Below the pieces are notes generated by a model that saw only the letters and a list, made by a program, of their open reading frames with translations, made no database searches and was not told the origin of the DNA. The position numbers were made by a program, and so were the translations under genes. Source: an uncultured Bdellovibrionales bacterium (GTDB taxonomy: Bacteria > Patescibacteriota > Minisyncoccia > Moranbacterales > UBA1568). Taken from it: 64,000 nt of DNA. Position 1 is the stretch's first letter. The number at the start of each line of letters is the position of its first letter. The DNA lies in the NCBI GenBank assembly GCA_964624415.1, contig CAZUWR010000001.1, positions 3,855 to 67,854 of the forward strand, in the 5' to 3' direction. Below are positions 9,836 to 19,578 of the stretch, in pieces.

Positions 9836-10717
9836 ATGATTCAAAAAGTGTTGATTATAGGTGCACAGGGGATGCTCGGACAGGAATTGGTCCGGGTGTT
9901 TTCCGCTGACTTGCGGTATGAGGTGCACGGATGGGACAAAGATGAAATCGATGTGACGGATTTTGTTTCCGCGGAGGAGCAGATTCGCGCGCTCGGCCCG
10001 AGCATTATCCTCAATGCCGTGGCGTATAACGCTGTGGATGCATGCGAGGAAAATGATGAGGAATATGCCAAAGCGATGCTGCTCAATGCTGATGCGCCCA
10101 AGTTCTTGGCAGGCCTGTCCCGGGATATCGGAGCGATATTTGTGCACTATTCGACGGACTATGTTTTTGGCGGCAGTGAGGCGGGAGAAAACAACAAACA
10201 GGGCTTTGATGAAAGTATCGAGCCGATACCGGTGTGTCGGTACGCGGTCAGCAAACGCGAAGGGGAGAAACAAGTGCAGGCAGTGGGCGGAAAGCATTAT
10301 ATCATCCGTCTCTCGAAACTCTTCGGGAAACCAGCCTTGTCCGCAGCGGGTAAAAAGAGCTTCTTTGATGTGATGCTCGTGGCAGGCAAGACGAAGACGC
10401 AGGTCAGTGTGGTGGATGATGAAATGAGTTGTTTTACCTATGCGCCGGATCTGGCTCAAGCAAGCAAAGAACTCGTCGAATCGAGCGATGCGTATGGTGT
10501 GTATCATTTGATCAATGAGTCTCCGGTCACGTGGTTTGAAGGCGTGAAGGAACTGTATAAGCAGGCCGGAATCGCTACCGAGGTCATCCCTGTGACCAGC
10601 GATGCTTTCCCTCGCCCTGCCAAGCGCCCGACTTTTTCGGTGCTGCGCAATACTAAACGCCCACTTCTGCGTTCATATGAAAAAGCTTTGAAAGAGTTCT
10701 TACAGAAAATAGTCTAA
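9836..10717 (+). CDS. rfbD: dTDP-4-dehydrorhamnose reductase
   Basis: 293 aa; VLIIGAQGMLG N-terminus and YAxSK motif typical of RmlD. Confidence 0.85.
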   Translation: MIQKVLIIGAQGMLGQELVRVFSADLRYEVHGWDKDEIDVTDFVSAEEQIRALGPSIILNAVAYNAVDACEENDEEYAKAMLLNADAPKFLAGLSRDIGAIFVHYSTDYVFGGSEAGENNKQGFDESIEPIPVCRYAVSKREGEKQVQAVGGKHYIIRLSKLFGKPALSAAGKKSFFDVMLVAGKTKTQVSVVDDEMSCFTYAPDLAQASKELVESSDAYGVYHLINESPVTWFEGVKELYKQAGIATEVIPVTSDAFPRPAKRPTFSVLRNTKRPLLRSYEKALKEFLQKIV

Positions 10718-10722
10718 AAGAA

Positions 10723-10757
10723 AGGCCTCTTGGAAATTACCGAAGAGGCCTTTTTTT
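10723..10757. terminator. bidirectional intrinsic terminator shared by rmlD and the convergent sigma factor gene
   Basis: 9-bp stem AGGCCTCTT/AAGAGGCCT with an A run before and a T7 run after. Confidence 0.6.
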
Positions 10758-11640
10758 ACAGCAGATCACTGTATTGGTATCCTAATTCTTGAATTTTTTC
10801 CTGCATTAAAGCGAGTGCGGAATTTATTTTTTGGCGGATACTTTCACCAGAAACAGCATATATTTCCCCAATTTCAGCGTAGGTATGTTTGGAGTAAGTG
10901 TTCAATCCAAACTTTCGACATATCATCTCACGTATATTGGCATCGAATGTCGAGAGTACGTGATTGAGAAGAGTGGTTCTGAGTTCTTGTTTGTCGTTTA
11001 TGTCAGCGCCGATTACCTGTGTTTCTCTCCATTCACCATACTCTGATGAATGCATCAAAAGAGCGTCAAAAGATATCGCATCTTGTAAACATTTGAGAGT
11101 AAGAAGGTTTTGAACCCTATCAGCAGTCATTTTAGCAGAATCAGCCGCAGAATCTTTGTGATTCTTTGCTGCCTGTTCGTTAAGGTATTGAGCTATCTCT
11201 TCATTTGAGACATTTTCTTTGACTCTTTCAAGATAATTGCGCGCTTTAGCAGCTCTGCTTATTTGCAAAAATAAATCATGAGGGACTCCTATGAGGTTTG
11301 ATTGTTTTGCAGTGTCGCAACCGATAGCATCGCGTATCCACCATGTCGCGTAGGTGGCGAAACTAACTTCTTTTTGAGGATCGAATTTTTCTACTGCATT
11401 GATGAGTCCTAGAACACCCATCTGCCAGAGGTCATCTGCTTCAAGTAATCCTCCTTGTGTAGCCCTTTGGTATTTTGTAGTGTACCATATCACTGGTTTA
11501 TTGATGAGTCCGAGATTGGAAACAATCATTTTTTGAAACGCTTTTACATCTCCTTGTTGCGCCTGAATGCAAAGTTCGGTCTGTTCTTCTTGGTTGAGAT
11601 AAAACTTCTTTTTTGTAGCGCGTCTTTTAACGTTACTCAT
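10756..11640 (-). CDS. RNA polymerase sigma factor, sigma-70 family (short, RpoD-like regions 2-4)
   Basis: region 2.3/2.4 YATWWIRDAIG and region 4.2 helix-turn-helix TYAEIGEIYAVSGESIRQ; 294 aa with no region 1.1. Confidence 0.8.
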   Translation of the reverse strand: MSNVKRRATKKKFYLNQEEQTELCIQAQQGDVKAFQKMIVSNLGLINKPVIWYTTKYQRATQGGLLEADDLWQMGVLGLINAVEKFDPQKEVSFATYATWWIRDAIGCDTAKQSNLIGVPHDLFLQISRAAKARNYLERVKENVSNEEIAQYLNEQAAKNHKDSAADSAKMTADRVQNLLTLKCLQDAISFDALLMHSSEYGEWRETQVIGADINDKQELRTTLLNHVLSTFDANIREMICRKFGLNTYSKHTYAEIGEIYAVSGESIRQKINSALALMQEKIQELGYQYSDLL

Positions 11641-11782
11641 AACAATACTCCTTACGAGGTTGTATTTGGAAAGGTTCTGATGTTTTTCGGTTTAGAGTGT
11701 TGAGACCTCATAGACCTTAAAAGCGGTTTAAGTATACCATTTTTCGAAATCGTCTTCAAGGCGTGTCGAAGGCAGAAAAAAG

Positions 11783-11791
11783 TGGTATACT
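11783..11791 (+). promoter_or_regulatory. extended -10 promoter (TGgTATACT) upstream of glyA
   Basis: TGn-TATACT about 55 nt upstream of the glyA start. Confidence 0.35.
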
Positions 11792-11845
11792 GGTTTTGTA
11801 TTCAGGCAATCAGGTCAGTAATTCGTGAGAAATAAGAGTAAAAGT

Positions 11846-13090
11846 ATGTTTACCTATACGGCGATAAAAAAAGAGGATAAAGAGGTATTGAAGGCTATCA
11901 AGGGGGAAATGAAGCGTCAGGAAGAGGGATTGGAGATGATTGCTTCGGAGAATTATGCTTCGGAAGCGGTGATTGAGGCGCTCGGGACGGTTTTGACCAA
12001 TAAATACGCCGAAGGATATCCAGGAAAGCGCTACTATGGCGGACAGGAGTTTACGGATGCGGTGGAAATCTTGGCTATACAGCGAGCGAAGAAGCTCTTC
12101 GGTGCCGAGCATGCCAATGTGCAGCCACTATCGGGTGCGGCAGCCAATATCGCTGCGTATATGGCCGTGCTCGAGCCGGGGGATACGGTGCTCGGGATGG
12201 ATCTTTCGCACGGCGGACACTTGACCCACGGGCATCCGGTGACCTCGATGTCGAAGATCTACAATTTTGTGCGGTACAAAACCGAAGCGGACGGGACTAT
12301 CGATTACAAAAAACTCGAGGCGCTCGCGATGGAAGTGAAACCCAAGCTTATCTTGGCGGGATTTTCTTCGTACACAAGACAGTTGGACTACAAGAAGTTC
12401 GCCGCTATCGGCAAGAAAGTGAAAGCGATCACGATGATGGATATGGCGCATATCGCCGGTTTGGTGGCGGGAAAGGTCGTCGATAATCCGGTCGAGTATT
12501 TCGACATCGTGACCACGACGACACACAAGACACTGCGCGGACCTCGCGGAGGAATGATTTTGTGTCGGGAAAAATTTGCTCAAGCTATCGATAAATCGGT
12601 TTTCCCAGGATTTCAGGGCGGACCGCATATGAATATCATTGCCGCCAAAGCAATCGCTTTCGGAGAGGCTTTGCAGAAGGAATTCAAAAGCTATGCCAAA
12701 CAGACGCTGAAAAATGCCAAAACACTGGAGAATGAGCTGCGTAAGCGCGGATACGAAATCGCTTTTGGCGGGACGGAAAACCATATGGTAGTAGTGGATG
12801 TGTTTGCGACACTCGGTATCGGCGGCAAAGAAGCGCAGCATATTCTGGACGAAATCGGCATCTCGGTGAATAAAAATATGATTCCCGATGATACGCGCAG
12901 CCCGTTTGATCCGAGTGGTTTGCGTATCGGTGTGCCGGCGCTCACGACGCGCGGTATGAAGGAGCGGGAAGTGAAGCTTATCGTGCAGTGGATGGATGAA
13001 GCGCTTCGCGGTCGTGAGGTCAAGAAGGTTTCCCGCGCTTTGCATCGGGAGGTCAAAGATCTGTGCGCGCGATTTCCCCTGTATGCGTAA
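11846..13090 (+). CDS. glyA: serine hydroxymethyltransferase
   Basis: SHGGHLTHG pyridoxal-phosphate motif; start placed at MFTYT (the track ORF begins 7 codons earlier at 11825). Confidence 0.9.
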   Translation: MFTYTAIKKEDKEVLKAIKGEMKRQEEGLEMIASENYASEAVIEALGTVLTNKYAEGYPGKRYYGGQEFTDAVEILAIQRAKKLFGAEHANVQPLSGAAANIAAYMAVLEPGDTVLGMDLSHGGHLTHGHPVTSMSKIYNFVRYKTEADGTIDYKKLEALAMEVKPKLILAGFSSYTRQLDYKKFAAIGKKVKAITMMDMAHIAGLVAGKVVDNPVEYFDIVTTTTHKTLRGPRGGMILCREKFAQAIDKSVFPGFQGGPHMNIIAAKAIAFGEALQKEFKSYAKQTLKNAKTLENELRKRGYEIAFGGTENHMVVVDVFATLGIGGKEAQHILDEIGISVNKNMIPDDTRSPFDPSGLRIGVPALTTRGMKEREVKLIVQWMDEALRGREVKKVSRALHREVKDLCARFPLYA

Positions 13091-13141
13091 TCGATATCCT
13101 TGGTAGTATAAATAAAATTAATCAATTCTCATTGCGTTTTT

Positions 13142-13396
13142 ATGAATCAGGATATACAAAGTATACTTATTTTCACAGCATTTTTCATTTTTTTGAACGC
13201 AGTTTTTTTCGGTGGATTTATGAAGGGGAAGTTTGCCGACAAAGCTTATGATTGGAGAATGAAGCGACATTTGATAGTAGATGGCGTGAGCAAAGAAGAA
13301 TATGTTCGCAGTATAAAGAAAATCATCCCTATTTTGTTGTTTTTTGGAAATATGTTATACGCATTGTTCATCGTCGGTGTTTTATGGAGAGTTTAA
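13142..13396 (+). CDS. hypothetical small membrane protein (2 TM)
   Basis: 84 aa with two hydrophobic helices; no homology recognised. Confidence 0.3.
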   Translation: MNQDIQSILIFTAFFIFLNAVFFGGFMKGKFADKAYDWRMKRHLIVDGVSKEEYVRSIKKIIPILLFFGNMLYALFIVGVLWRV

Positions 13397-13556
13397 GTTA
13401 TCGTTGTAGCTTTTTATCAAGTCATATTTGTCAAAAATGGAAAGAAGTGGTACACTTGTTCCAGTAAGAGACGAGTGAAGACTTTCGTGTTGAATTTGTT
13501 TCTTTTTTGCTTTTAATAAGCAGATTTTACTGTATAACCCCGTTAAGTGATATTTT

Positions 13557-13757
13557 ATGCCGGTACAAAAGCAACACCACACCAAAATGCGTCAAAAGCG
13601 CGGACGAGTCGGCCTGAAGGTTGTGCTCAAAAATACGCAGGAATGCCCGAAATGTAAAGCTCCTGTGCTTTCTCACAAGATGTGCCCGAAATGCGGTACC
13701 TATAAGGGAAAAGAGTTTGTCGATACCCTCAAGAAAGTCGCTCCAAAAAAGAAATAA
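13557..13757 (+). CDS. rpmF: 50S ribosomal protein L32
   Basis: N-terminal basic MPVQKQHHTKMRQKRGR followed by a CPKC...CPKCG zinc ribbon, as in Gram-positive L32. Confidence 0.8.
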   Translation: MPVQKQHHTKMRQKRGRVGLKVVLKNTQECPKCKAPVLSHKMCPKCGTYKGKEFVDTLKKVAPKKK

Positions 13758-13774
13758 CAGTTTTTTAAAATACT

Positions 13775-14305
13775 ATGGCAAATCGTCATCTTCAGAGGTC
13801 GCTGGCTATGCAGTCGCTTTTTGAGTGGGATTTTCAAGGTCAAGACAAGAATCGGACGGAGGAAATCGTGGATCGAAACGTTTTGGAGTTCGCTCTCGGA
13901 CTCGAGGATGCTTCATTTACCAAAAAGCTGGTGCAGGGCGTGATGGATCATCAGGAAGCTATCGATGCGATGATTGTACAGTGTGCCCCCGAGTGGCCTT
14001 TGGATCAGGTGACGGTTATCGATCGCAATATCTTGCGCATTGGCATTTACGAATTGGTGCATGGCAGCTATGACGATGCGCCTCCGAAGGTGGCTATCAA
14101 TGAGGCGATAGAGCTTGCTAAGACGTTCGGCGGGGATAACTCAGCCCGTTTTGTCAATGGCGTGCTCGGGACAGTCTATCGCAATATCGGCGAGCCGCTC
14201 AAGGATGACTCGACGTTCAAGCGGAAAATAGCCAAGGGAAAGAAAATGAAGGAGGAGAAAAAGGAAGAGATTGAAGAAGTTGAAACGAAACCAGTTACCG
14301 AATAA
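13775..14305 (+). CDS. nusB: transcription antitermination factor NusB with K/E-rich C-terminal tail
   Basis: conserved NusB core (ARFVNGVLG) plus a low-complexity KKMKEEKKEE tail. Confidence 0.8.
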   Translation: MANRHLQRSLAMQSLFEWDFQGQDKNRTEEIVDRNVLEFALGLEDASFTKKLVQGVMDHQEAIDAMIVQCAPEWPLDQVTVIDRNILRIGIYELVHGSYDDAPPKVAINEAIELAKTFGGDNSARFVNGVLGTVYRNIGEPLKDDSTFKRKIAKGKKMKEEKKEEIEEVETKPVTE

Positions 14306-14309
14306 CAGT

Positions 14310-15002
14310 ATGGATATGTTTAATGCGGACAATGTAGCAAAAAAATTGGGCATCCTTATTCATAATAAGGATCTTTTTCAGATGGCGGTCACGCATCGTT
14401 CGTATCTGAATGAGCATCGTGATCACCCTCTTAATCACAATGAACGGCTTGAATTCTTGGGTGATGCGGTTTTGGAATTGATCGTAACGGAGTATCTGTA
14501 TCACAACTATCCGAATCCGGAAGGGGAATTGACCAGTTGGCGGGCGGCGCTGGTGAACGGCGAAATGCTGGCCGTGGTGGCGCGCAGTATCGGCGTGGAG
14601 GAGTTTTTGATGATGAGCAAGGGCGAGGCCAAAGATACGGGACGAGCGAGGCAATACCTTTTGGCCAATGCGATGGAGGCGATTATCGGGGCCATCTATT
14701 TGGATCAGGGGTATGACGCTGCCAAAGACTTTATCACCAAGACGGTCTTAATTCACCTTGATGAAGTATTGAAGAGCAAGTCCTATGCCGATCCCAAGAG
14801 CCGTTTCCAAGAAGAGGCTCAGGAGCGTATGGGCATCACGCCCAATTATCACGTGTTGCGCGAGAAGGGTCCCGATCACGACAAGCATTTCGTTTCCGGG
14901 GCTTTCCTTGGGGAAGAATTGATTGCGGAAGGCGAGGGTCAATCCAAGCAAGAGGCGCAACGAGAGGCTGCCAAGAACGCCCTGGAGAAGAAGGGGTGGT
15001 AG
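14310..15002 (+). CDS. rnc: ribonuclease III
   Basis: RNase III signature ERLEFLGDAVLEL plus a C-terminal dsRBD; start taken at the ATG 5 nt after the nusB stop (the track begins at 14271, overlapping nusB). Confidence 0.85.
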   Translation: MDMFNADNVAKKLGILIHNKDLFQMAVTHRSYLNEHRDHPLNHNERLEFLGDAVLELIVTEYLYHNYPNPEGELTSWRAALVNGEMLAVVARSIGVEEFLMMSKGEAKDTGRARQYLLANAMEAIIGAIYLDQGYDAAKDFITKTVLIHLDEVLKSKSYADPKSRFQEEAQERMGITPNYHVLREKGPDHDKHFVSGAFLGEELIAEGEGQSKQEAQREAAKNALEKKGW

Positions 15003-15052
15003 GGGTTTGGTGAAGTAGTATTTTTAACAACCAAAGTGAGAGAGGTGGGAAA

Positions 15053-15292
15053 ATGAAACAAGATGTGATGGCGTTTTTGTATTATGCGATTGGCAGGATA
15101 TTCTTTCAGAAGAAGGTGTATCCACCGCAAATGGGCACTATCGACTATTATATAGCCAATTTTCGAGAGGCTTATATCAACTGGCTCCGAAGCGAACTCG
15201 AGCGAGAAGACCCTGTTTTTAGGGAGCAGCAAGAAATGAGGGTCTTTGCGAATGCAGTAAAATCCGCGGAGAATCCAAGTAGCGGTAAATAG
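15053..15292 (+). CDS. hypothetical protein
   Basis: 79-aa ORF with a GAGGTGGG SD; no homology recognised. Confidence 0.3.
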   Translation: MKQDVMAFLYYAIGRIFFQKKVYPPQMGTIDYYIANFREAYINWLRSELEREDPVFREQQEMRVFANAVKSAENPSSGK

Positions 15293-15350
15293 CAGTCCAG
15301 TGGATGAATATTACCCTAACTGGAATTGAAAGTAACCTTTACGATTGTAG

Positions 15351-15383
15351 AGGCTGGTATGCAATATGACCAGCCTTTTTTTC
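15351..15383 (+). terminator. intrinsic terminator
   Basis: AGGCTGGT/ACCAGCCT stem followed by a T8 run. Confidence 0.55.
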
Positions 15384-15446
15384 TTTGCTTTTCTTCTCAG
15401 TCATAATAAGGTACACTGAAATAAAGTCATTTGTGGCCATTTTTCT

Positions 15447-17738
15447 ATGTATCTCAAAAAACTTGAAATTTCCGGGTTCAAATCATTCGCCAACAAAACT
15501 GTGTTGGATTTTTCGTGTGACGGCAAGAGCGGCATCACGGCGGTGGTGGGGCCCAATGGGTCGGGAAAGTCCAATATCGCAGACGCTATCCGTTGGGCGC
15601 TCGGCGAGCAATCGCTCAAGAATTTGCGCGGGAAAAAATCCGAGGACGTCATTTTTGCCGGCTCGGGTTTGAAGGCGCGTTTGGGCAGCGCCTCGGTGAC
15701 GCTTCATTTCGACAATACCGACAAACGCATCCCGCTTGAGTTCGCGGATGTCGCTATCACCCGGAAACTCTTCCGGAGCGGAGAGAGTGAATACCTCATC
15801 AATGGCAGTCGTGTACGCCTTTTGGATATCGTGGATGTTTTGGCCAAGTCCGGTATCGGCAAAGACAGCTACTGCGTCATCACACAGGGTATGTCGGACG
15901 CTATCCTCAATGCCTCGCCTCTGGAACGGCGTGGGATATTTGAGGATGCGGCGGGCGTGAAGCATTATCAGATTCAAAAAGAACGATCGCTTCGCAAAAT
16001 GGAGAGCACGAAGGACAATCTGATACGGGTGGACAGCCTGCTTTTGGAAATCGAACCGCATTTGAAGAATCTCAAGCGTCAAGCGGAAAAAGCATCGCAG
16101 GGCAAGGATGTGGCAGCGTTGCTCCGTGCCAAGCAGCTGCAACTCTTCGGTTTTTTGTGGCATCGTTTCGATAGCGAGCGCTCCGGATTGGCGAGTGAGC
16201 GCGATGCATTGACGGCTAAGCTTGCTTTAATCGAAGCTCAGGTTCAGGCGCTTGATGTATCGCTTGCCAATGAATCGATACAGGCGGAAGACCAGGGCGC
16301 TATCAATGCCCTCGAGCGGCGTATCCGGGATACGCGTATCCATCTCAATGATGCAGAGCGCAATATTGCTATTGTGGACGGACGCATACAAATTGAGCAG
16401 GAACGCCGCGCGCCCAAAGAAGTGACGCAGAGCACCCCTGTTGATTTGGCCTATGTGCGGACGCGTTTGGCGGAGTTTCGCAAGGATCAGGAAACATTGA
16501 TTACTCGGCTGGGCAATGTCGAAGACCTTTCGGAGCTTCAGGATTTGAAAGAATTGGCACGAGTCATTCAGACGCGGATGTTTGAGTTGCATGAGGACGC
16601 AGGCAAAGGCGTCATCGTGACCAAGCAGACGATTACGCTGCCGGAAGAAGAGCTGCGAGCGAGCGATGTCCGGCTGGCCGAGCTTCAGTCTAAGAAAGCT
16701 ACCTTGAAACAGGAAAGCGAAGTATTCAGGAAAGAAATAGGTGAGAGTGAGACAGCTATCGCCGATGAACGAGAAAAGAGCCGGGCGAGTCGTGAGAAGT
16801 TTTTTGCTTTGGAAAAGCAGGCTCGCGAGAAGCATCACGAGCTCACTCTTCTGAAGGATGCGCTCAATGAAGCCAAGGTGCGATTGGCGCGCGTGGAAGT
16901 GCGCGAGGAAGATCTGATGGCGCAGATTAAAGAAGAGCTCGCATTGGAACCGTCGCAATTGAAGCATGATGGCGCAGCGGTCGATAAGGAAAGTATGGAG
17001 CGCGATATCGCACGTCTGAAGGTACAGCTCGAGCATATCGGCACTATCGATCCTCTGATCGTAGACGAGTATCAGGAAACACAGCAACGTTTCGAATTTT
17101 TGACCCAGGAATCGGCTGATCTGAAAAAGGCGATGGAGGCTTTACGAGAAGTGGTGCGCGAAATGGACGAGCGTATCCGCAAGGAATTCGATGTGGCTTT
17201 CAAACAGATTAGTACGGCTTTCGAGCACTATTTCTCTCTTATCTTCGGTGGAGGAAAGGCGCAGCTCGCGAGAGTACGCATCACCTCCAGGCTAAAGGAT
17301 CAGGAAGCGGATATTTCCGACGATGCCGTAGCCGATGAAACTGCCGAAACACAAGGGGATGAAAGCGCAATGCAAACGGGTATCGAAATTTTTGCGTGTC
17401 CTCCGGGGAAAAAGATTGCCAACCTCGCGATGCTTTCGGGCGGGGAGCGCTCGCTTACGTCGCTCGCCTTGCTGTTTGCCATTATCTCTCACAATCCGCC
17501 GCCATTTGCCGTGCTCGACGAGGTGGAGGCTGCTTTGGATGAGGCGAATTCACGAAAACTCAGCCGTGTTTTGCAGGAGCTTTCGCATCACACGCAATTC
17601 GTCGCCATCACGCACAATCGCGAGACCATGCGCCAGGCAACGCTCTTGTACGGTGTGACGATGGGTGAAGACGGTATTTCCAAGCTACTCTCCGTCCGTC
17701 TCGATCAGGTCGCTGATGATGGGAAAGTATTAGGGTAA
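15447..17738 (+). CDS. smc: SMC-family chromosome-partition ATPase, short form with no recognisable hinge
   Basis: N-terminal head FKSF...ITAVVGPNGSGKSNIADAIRWALGEQS, C-terminal LSGGERSLTSLALLFA signature, VLDEVEAALD Walker B and ITHN; only 763 aa, with an uninterrupted coiled coil between the heads. Confidence 0.75.
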   Translation: MYLKKLEISGFKSFANKTVLDFSCDGKSGITAVVGPNGSGKSNIADAIRWALGEQSLKNLRGKKSEDVIFAGSGLKARLGSASVTLHFDNTDKRIPLEFADVAITRKLFRSGESEYLINGSRVRLLDIVDVLAKSGIGKDSYCVITQGMSDAILNASPLERRGIFEDAAGVKHYQIQKERSLRKMESTKDNLIRVDSLLLEIEPHLKNLKRQAEKASQGKDVAALLRAKQLQLFGFLWHRFDSERSGLASERDALTAKLALIEAQVQALDVSLANESIQAEDQGAINALERRIRDTRIHLNDAERNIAIVDGRIQIEQERRAPKEVTQSTPVDLAYVRTRLAEFRKDQETLITRLGNVEDLSELQDLKELARVIQTRMFELHEDAGKGVIVTKQTITLPEEELRASDVRLAELQSKKATLKQESEVFRKEIGESETAIADEREKSRASREKFFALEKQAREKHHELTLLKDALNEAKVRLARVEVREEDLMAQIKEELALEPSQLKHDGAAVDKESMERDIARLKVQLEHIGTIDPLIVDEYQETQQRFEFLTQESADLKKAMEALREVVREMDERIRKEFDVAFKQISTAFEHYFSLIFGGGKAQLARVRITSRLKDQEADISDDAVADETAETQGDESAMQTGIEIFACPPGKKIANLAMLSGGERSLTSLALLFAIISHNPPPFAVLDEVEAALDEANSRKLSRVLQELSHHTQFVAITHNRETMRQATLLYGVTMGEDGISKLLSVRLDQVADDGKVLG

Positions 17739-17744
17739 ATAAAA

Positions 17745-17773
17745 CCCCCCTCAGTCAGTGACTGAGGGGGGGG
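17745..17773. terminator. bidirectional intrinsic terminator between smc and the convergent gene
   Basis: perfect hairpin CCCCCCTCAGTCAGTGACTGAGGGGGGG flanked by A4 and T4 runs. Confidence 0.7.
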
Positions 17774-17794
17774 TTTTGTTGAGGTGAGAAAAAA

Positions 17795-18712
17795 TTAGAT
17801 TTTATCTTGCGGCCAATGGATGAACCAGGCGGGGACTTTTTCGATGAACGGATTGTGTACACTGATAGTAAGCTCACCGTCGTGAAAAGTCTTTTTCATC
17901 ATGAGTTCTTTTTGCCAAAACACAGAGCTTTCATCTATCATTTTAAAGGTATTTTCAATTCCTCTTTCAAAGGTATTTTCTTCAGTGGTATGTATAGACT
18001 CAGTATCTTCAGTGATAGCATATCTCAATAAAACATCTATGTAATTACCTGGAAATGACATATCTGATGAAAAATCGCTGTTTTCATGTTGCGGTGTGAT
18101 ATTTTCTACAGCGACACAATGCCATATCAGCATCAATTCCCACAGAGCCTTCGCCACCTTGGCCGTCCGATCAATTTTCGCTTCGACTTCAGCGATAACG
18201 CTCAAGAACCAATCGATATCTTCCTTTATCCCCGCAATCAAATCGTCCGTCTGCGCTTTGAAATGAGCGTACGAAGAGTAACTAGTTGGACACAGACTTG
18301 CTACAGAGAGCGCATTCTTCACATCCGTTTCCAAATTGCTGAGACCTTCTTTATCGAAACCGATACATTCAAGCGGATACTTCTCGAAAGATTCCCGCTT
18401 GGCATACGCATTTTTCAGTTCTTCCTCCCGGTATGTTTTTACGCTTTGAAATTCGCGAAGCGTTTTTAGTATTTTGGCATCGGCTAAAATATACCAACAC
18501 ACAATAAAAAAGAGCAGACACATTACCAAAATGGGAATCAGTGCCGATTTTATGGAATCTGCAAGCGCAATTTTACCTGACATGATAATCATTGGTACTA
18601 AAAAGAGTAGTACCGCGAGTAGATCTAAGCGAGGGTGTTTGTTCTTGAATGTCCATAAGGTTATTCTGACCTTCCAGATCAAAGCCGACAGTTTTTTAAG
18701 CAGAGTATTCAT
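17795..18712 (-). CDS. hypothetical membrane protein (2 N-terminal TM helices)
   Basis: start set at MNTLLKK, preceded by a GGAGG SD (the track ORF extends to 18775). Confidence 0.45.
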   Translation of the reverse strand: MNTLLKKLSALIWKVRITLWTFKNKHPRLDLLAVLLFLVPMIIMSGKIALADSIKSALIPILVMCLLFFIVCWYILADAKILKTLREFQSVKTYREEELKNAYAKRESFEKYPLECIGFDKEGLSNLETDVKNALSVASLCPTSYSSYAHFKAQTDDLIAGIKEDIDWFLSVIAEVEAKIDRTAKVAKALWELMLIWHCVAVENITPQHENSDFSSDMSFPGNYIDVLLRYAITEDTESIHTTEENTFERGIENTFKMIDESSVFWQKELMMKKTFHDGELTISVHNPFIEKVPAWFIHWPQDKI

Positions 18713-18903
18713 GATGCCTCCAATGAGCATATTTGCGTAGGAACTAGTTTGTTGCCATATTTCGCAACGATTCATACTACCATATCAAGCGGAAAAGTCA
18801 AGGACAGAGCCTAGAGAGAACGATTTTTGACATATACACAGCACTCCATTTCTTCCATTCTTTTTTTATGGTAGACTGAAAAGAGTTACAATAAAGCTTT
18901 CTT

Positions 18904-19557
18904 ATGCATCGATTGGCCACCCTCAAAACCGCCTACTTCTTCTTAATGTATGCACTGGTACTGATTATTGTCCTGACACCCTTCCTAATACGAGGCGGCG
19001 TCTCTATTTTTTCCGAAGAGTTTGTGGAAGGAGGGCTTATTCTGTGTCTTTTAGCGGTCGGAGTGGGCATTAATTTTTTTTATGAGAGGGAATTGGACAA
19101 GCAAGAGCAATCCCTTCAGGATGCCTGGAAGCATATCGGCGCAGTCAATCTTTTAGTGGAACGGTTTCGGCTCGCTTTGACCGATGACACGGAGTATCCG
19201 AAAAACAAGAAAGAACTCCAGCTCTTTACGGCAATGATGCTCGGGAAAATACGCGGTGTCGTGCCTTGCGATGCCTTACTGCTTCGTGTGGTGGAAACGC
19301 AGACGCTCAAGACGATGTTTGAGTACAGTGAAGGTGAGGAGGTTGCTGTCCCGAAAATAGGGAATAAGGAATTGGTGAAGGAAATCAACCCTTTAGCAGA
19401 AGATATCGTTTCATCACAGTCCGATGAGGTCAAGATCAAGACCTTTGTCGTGTTCTCATCGACCGATACCACTCTGACCGAAGACCGGAGGATGTTGATA
19501 CAAAAAATCGTCAATGATTTTACTACCGTATACGTTATTTCCACGTATATACTTTAA
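18904..19557 (+). CDS. hypothetical membrane protein
   Basis: 217 aa with two N-terminal TM helices; no family recognised. Confidence 0.4.
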   Translation: MHRLATLKTAYFFLMYALVLIIVLTPFLIRGGVSIFSEEFVEGGLILCLLAVGVGINFFYERELDKQEQSLQDAWKHIGAVNLLVERFRLALTDDTEYPKNKKELQLFTAMMLGKIRGVVPCDALLLRVVETQTLKTMFEYSEGEEVAVPKIGNKELVKEINPLAEDIVSSQSDEVKIKTFVVFSSTDTTLTEDRRMLIQKIVNDFTTVYVISTYIL

Positions 19558-19578
19558 TACCTATCTCTCGATATTCGT

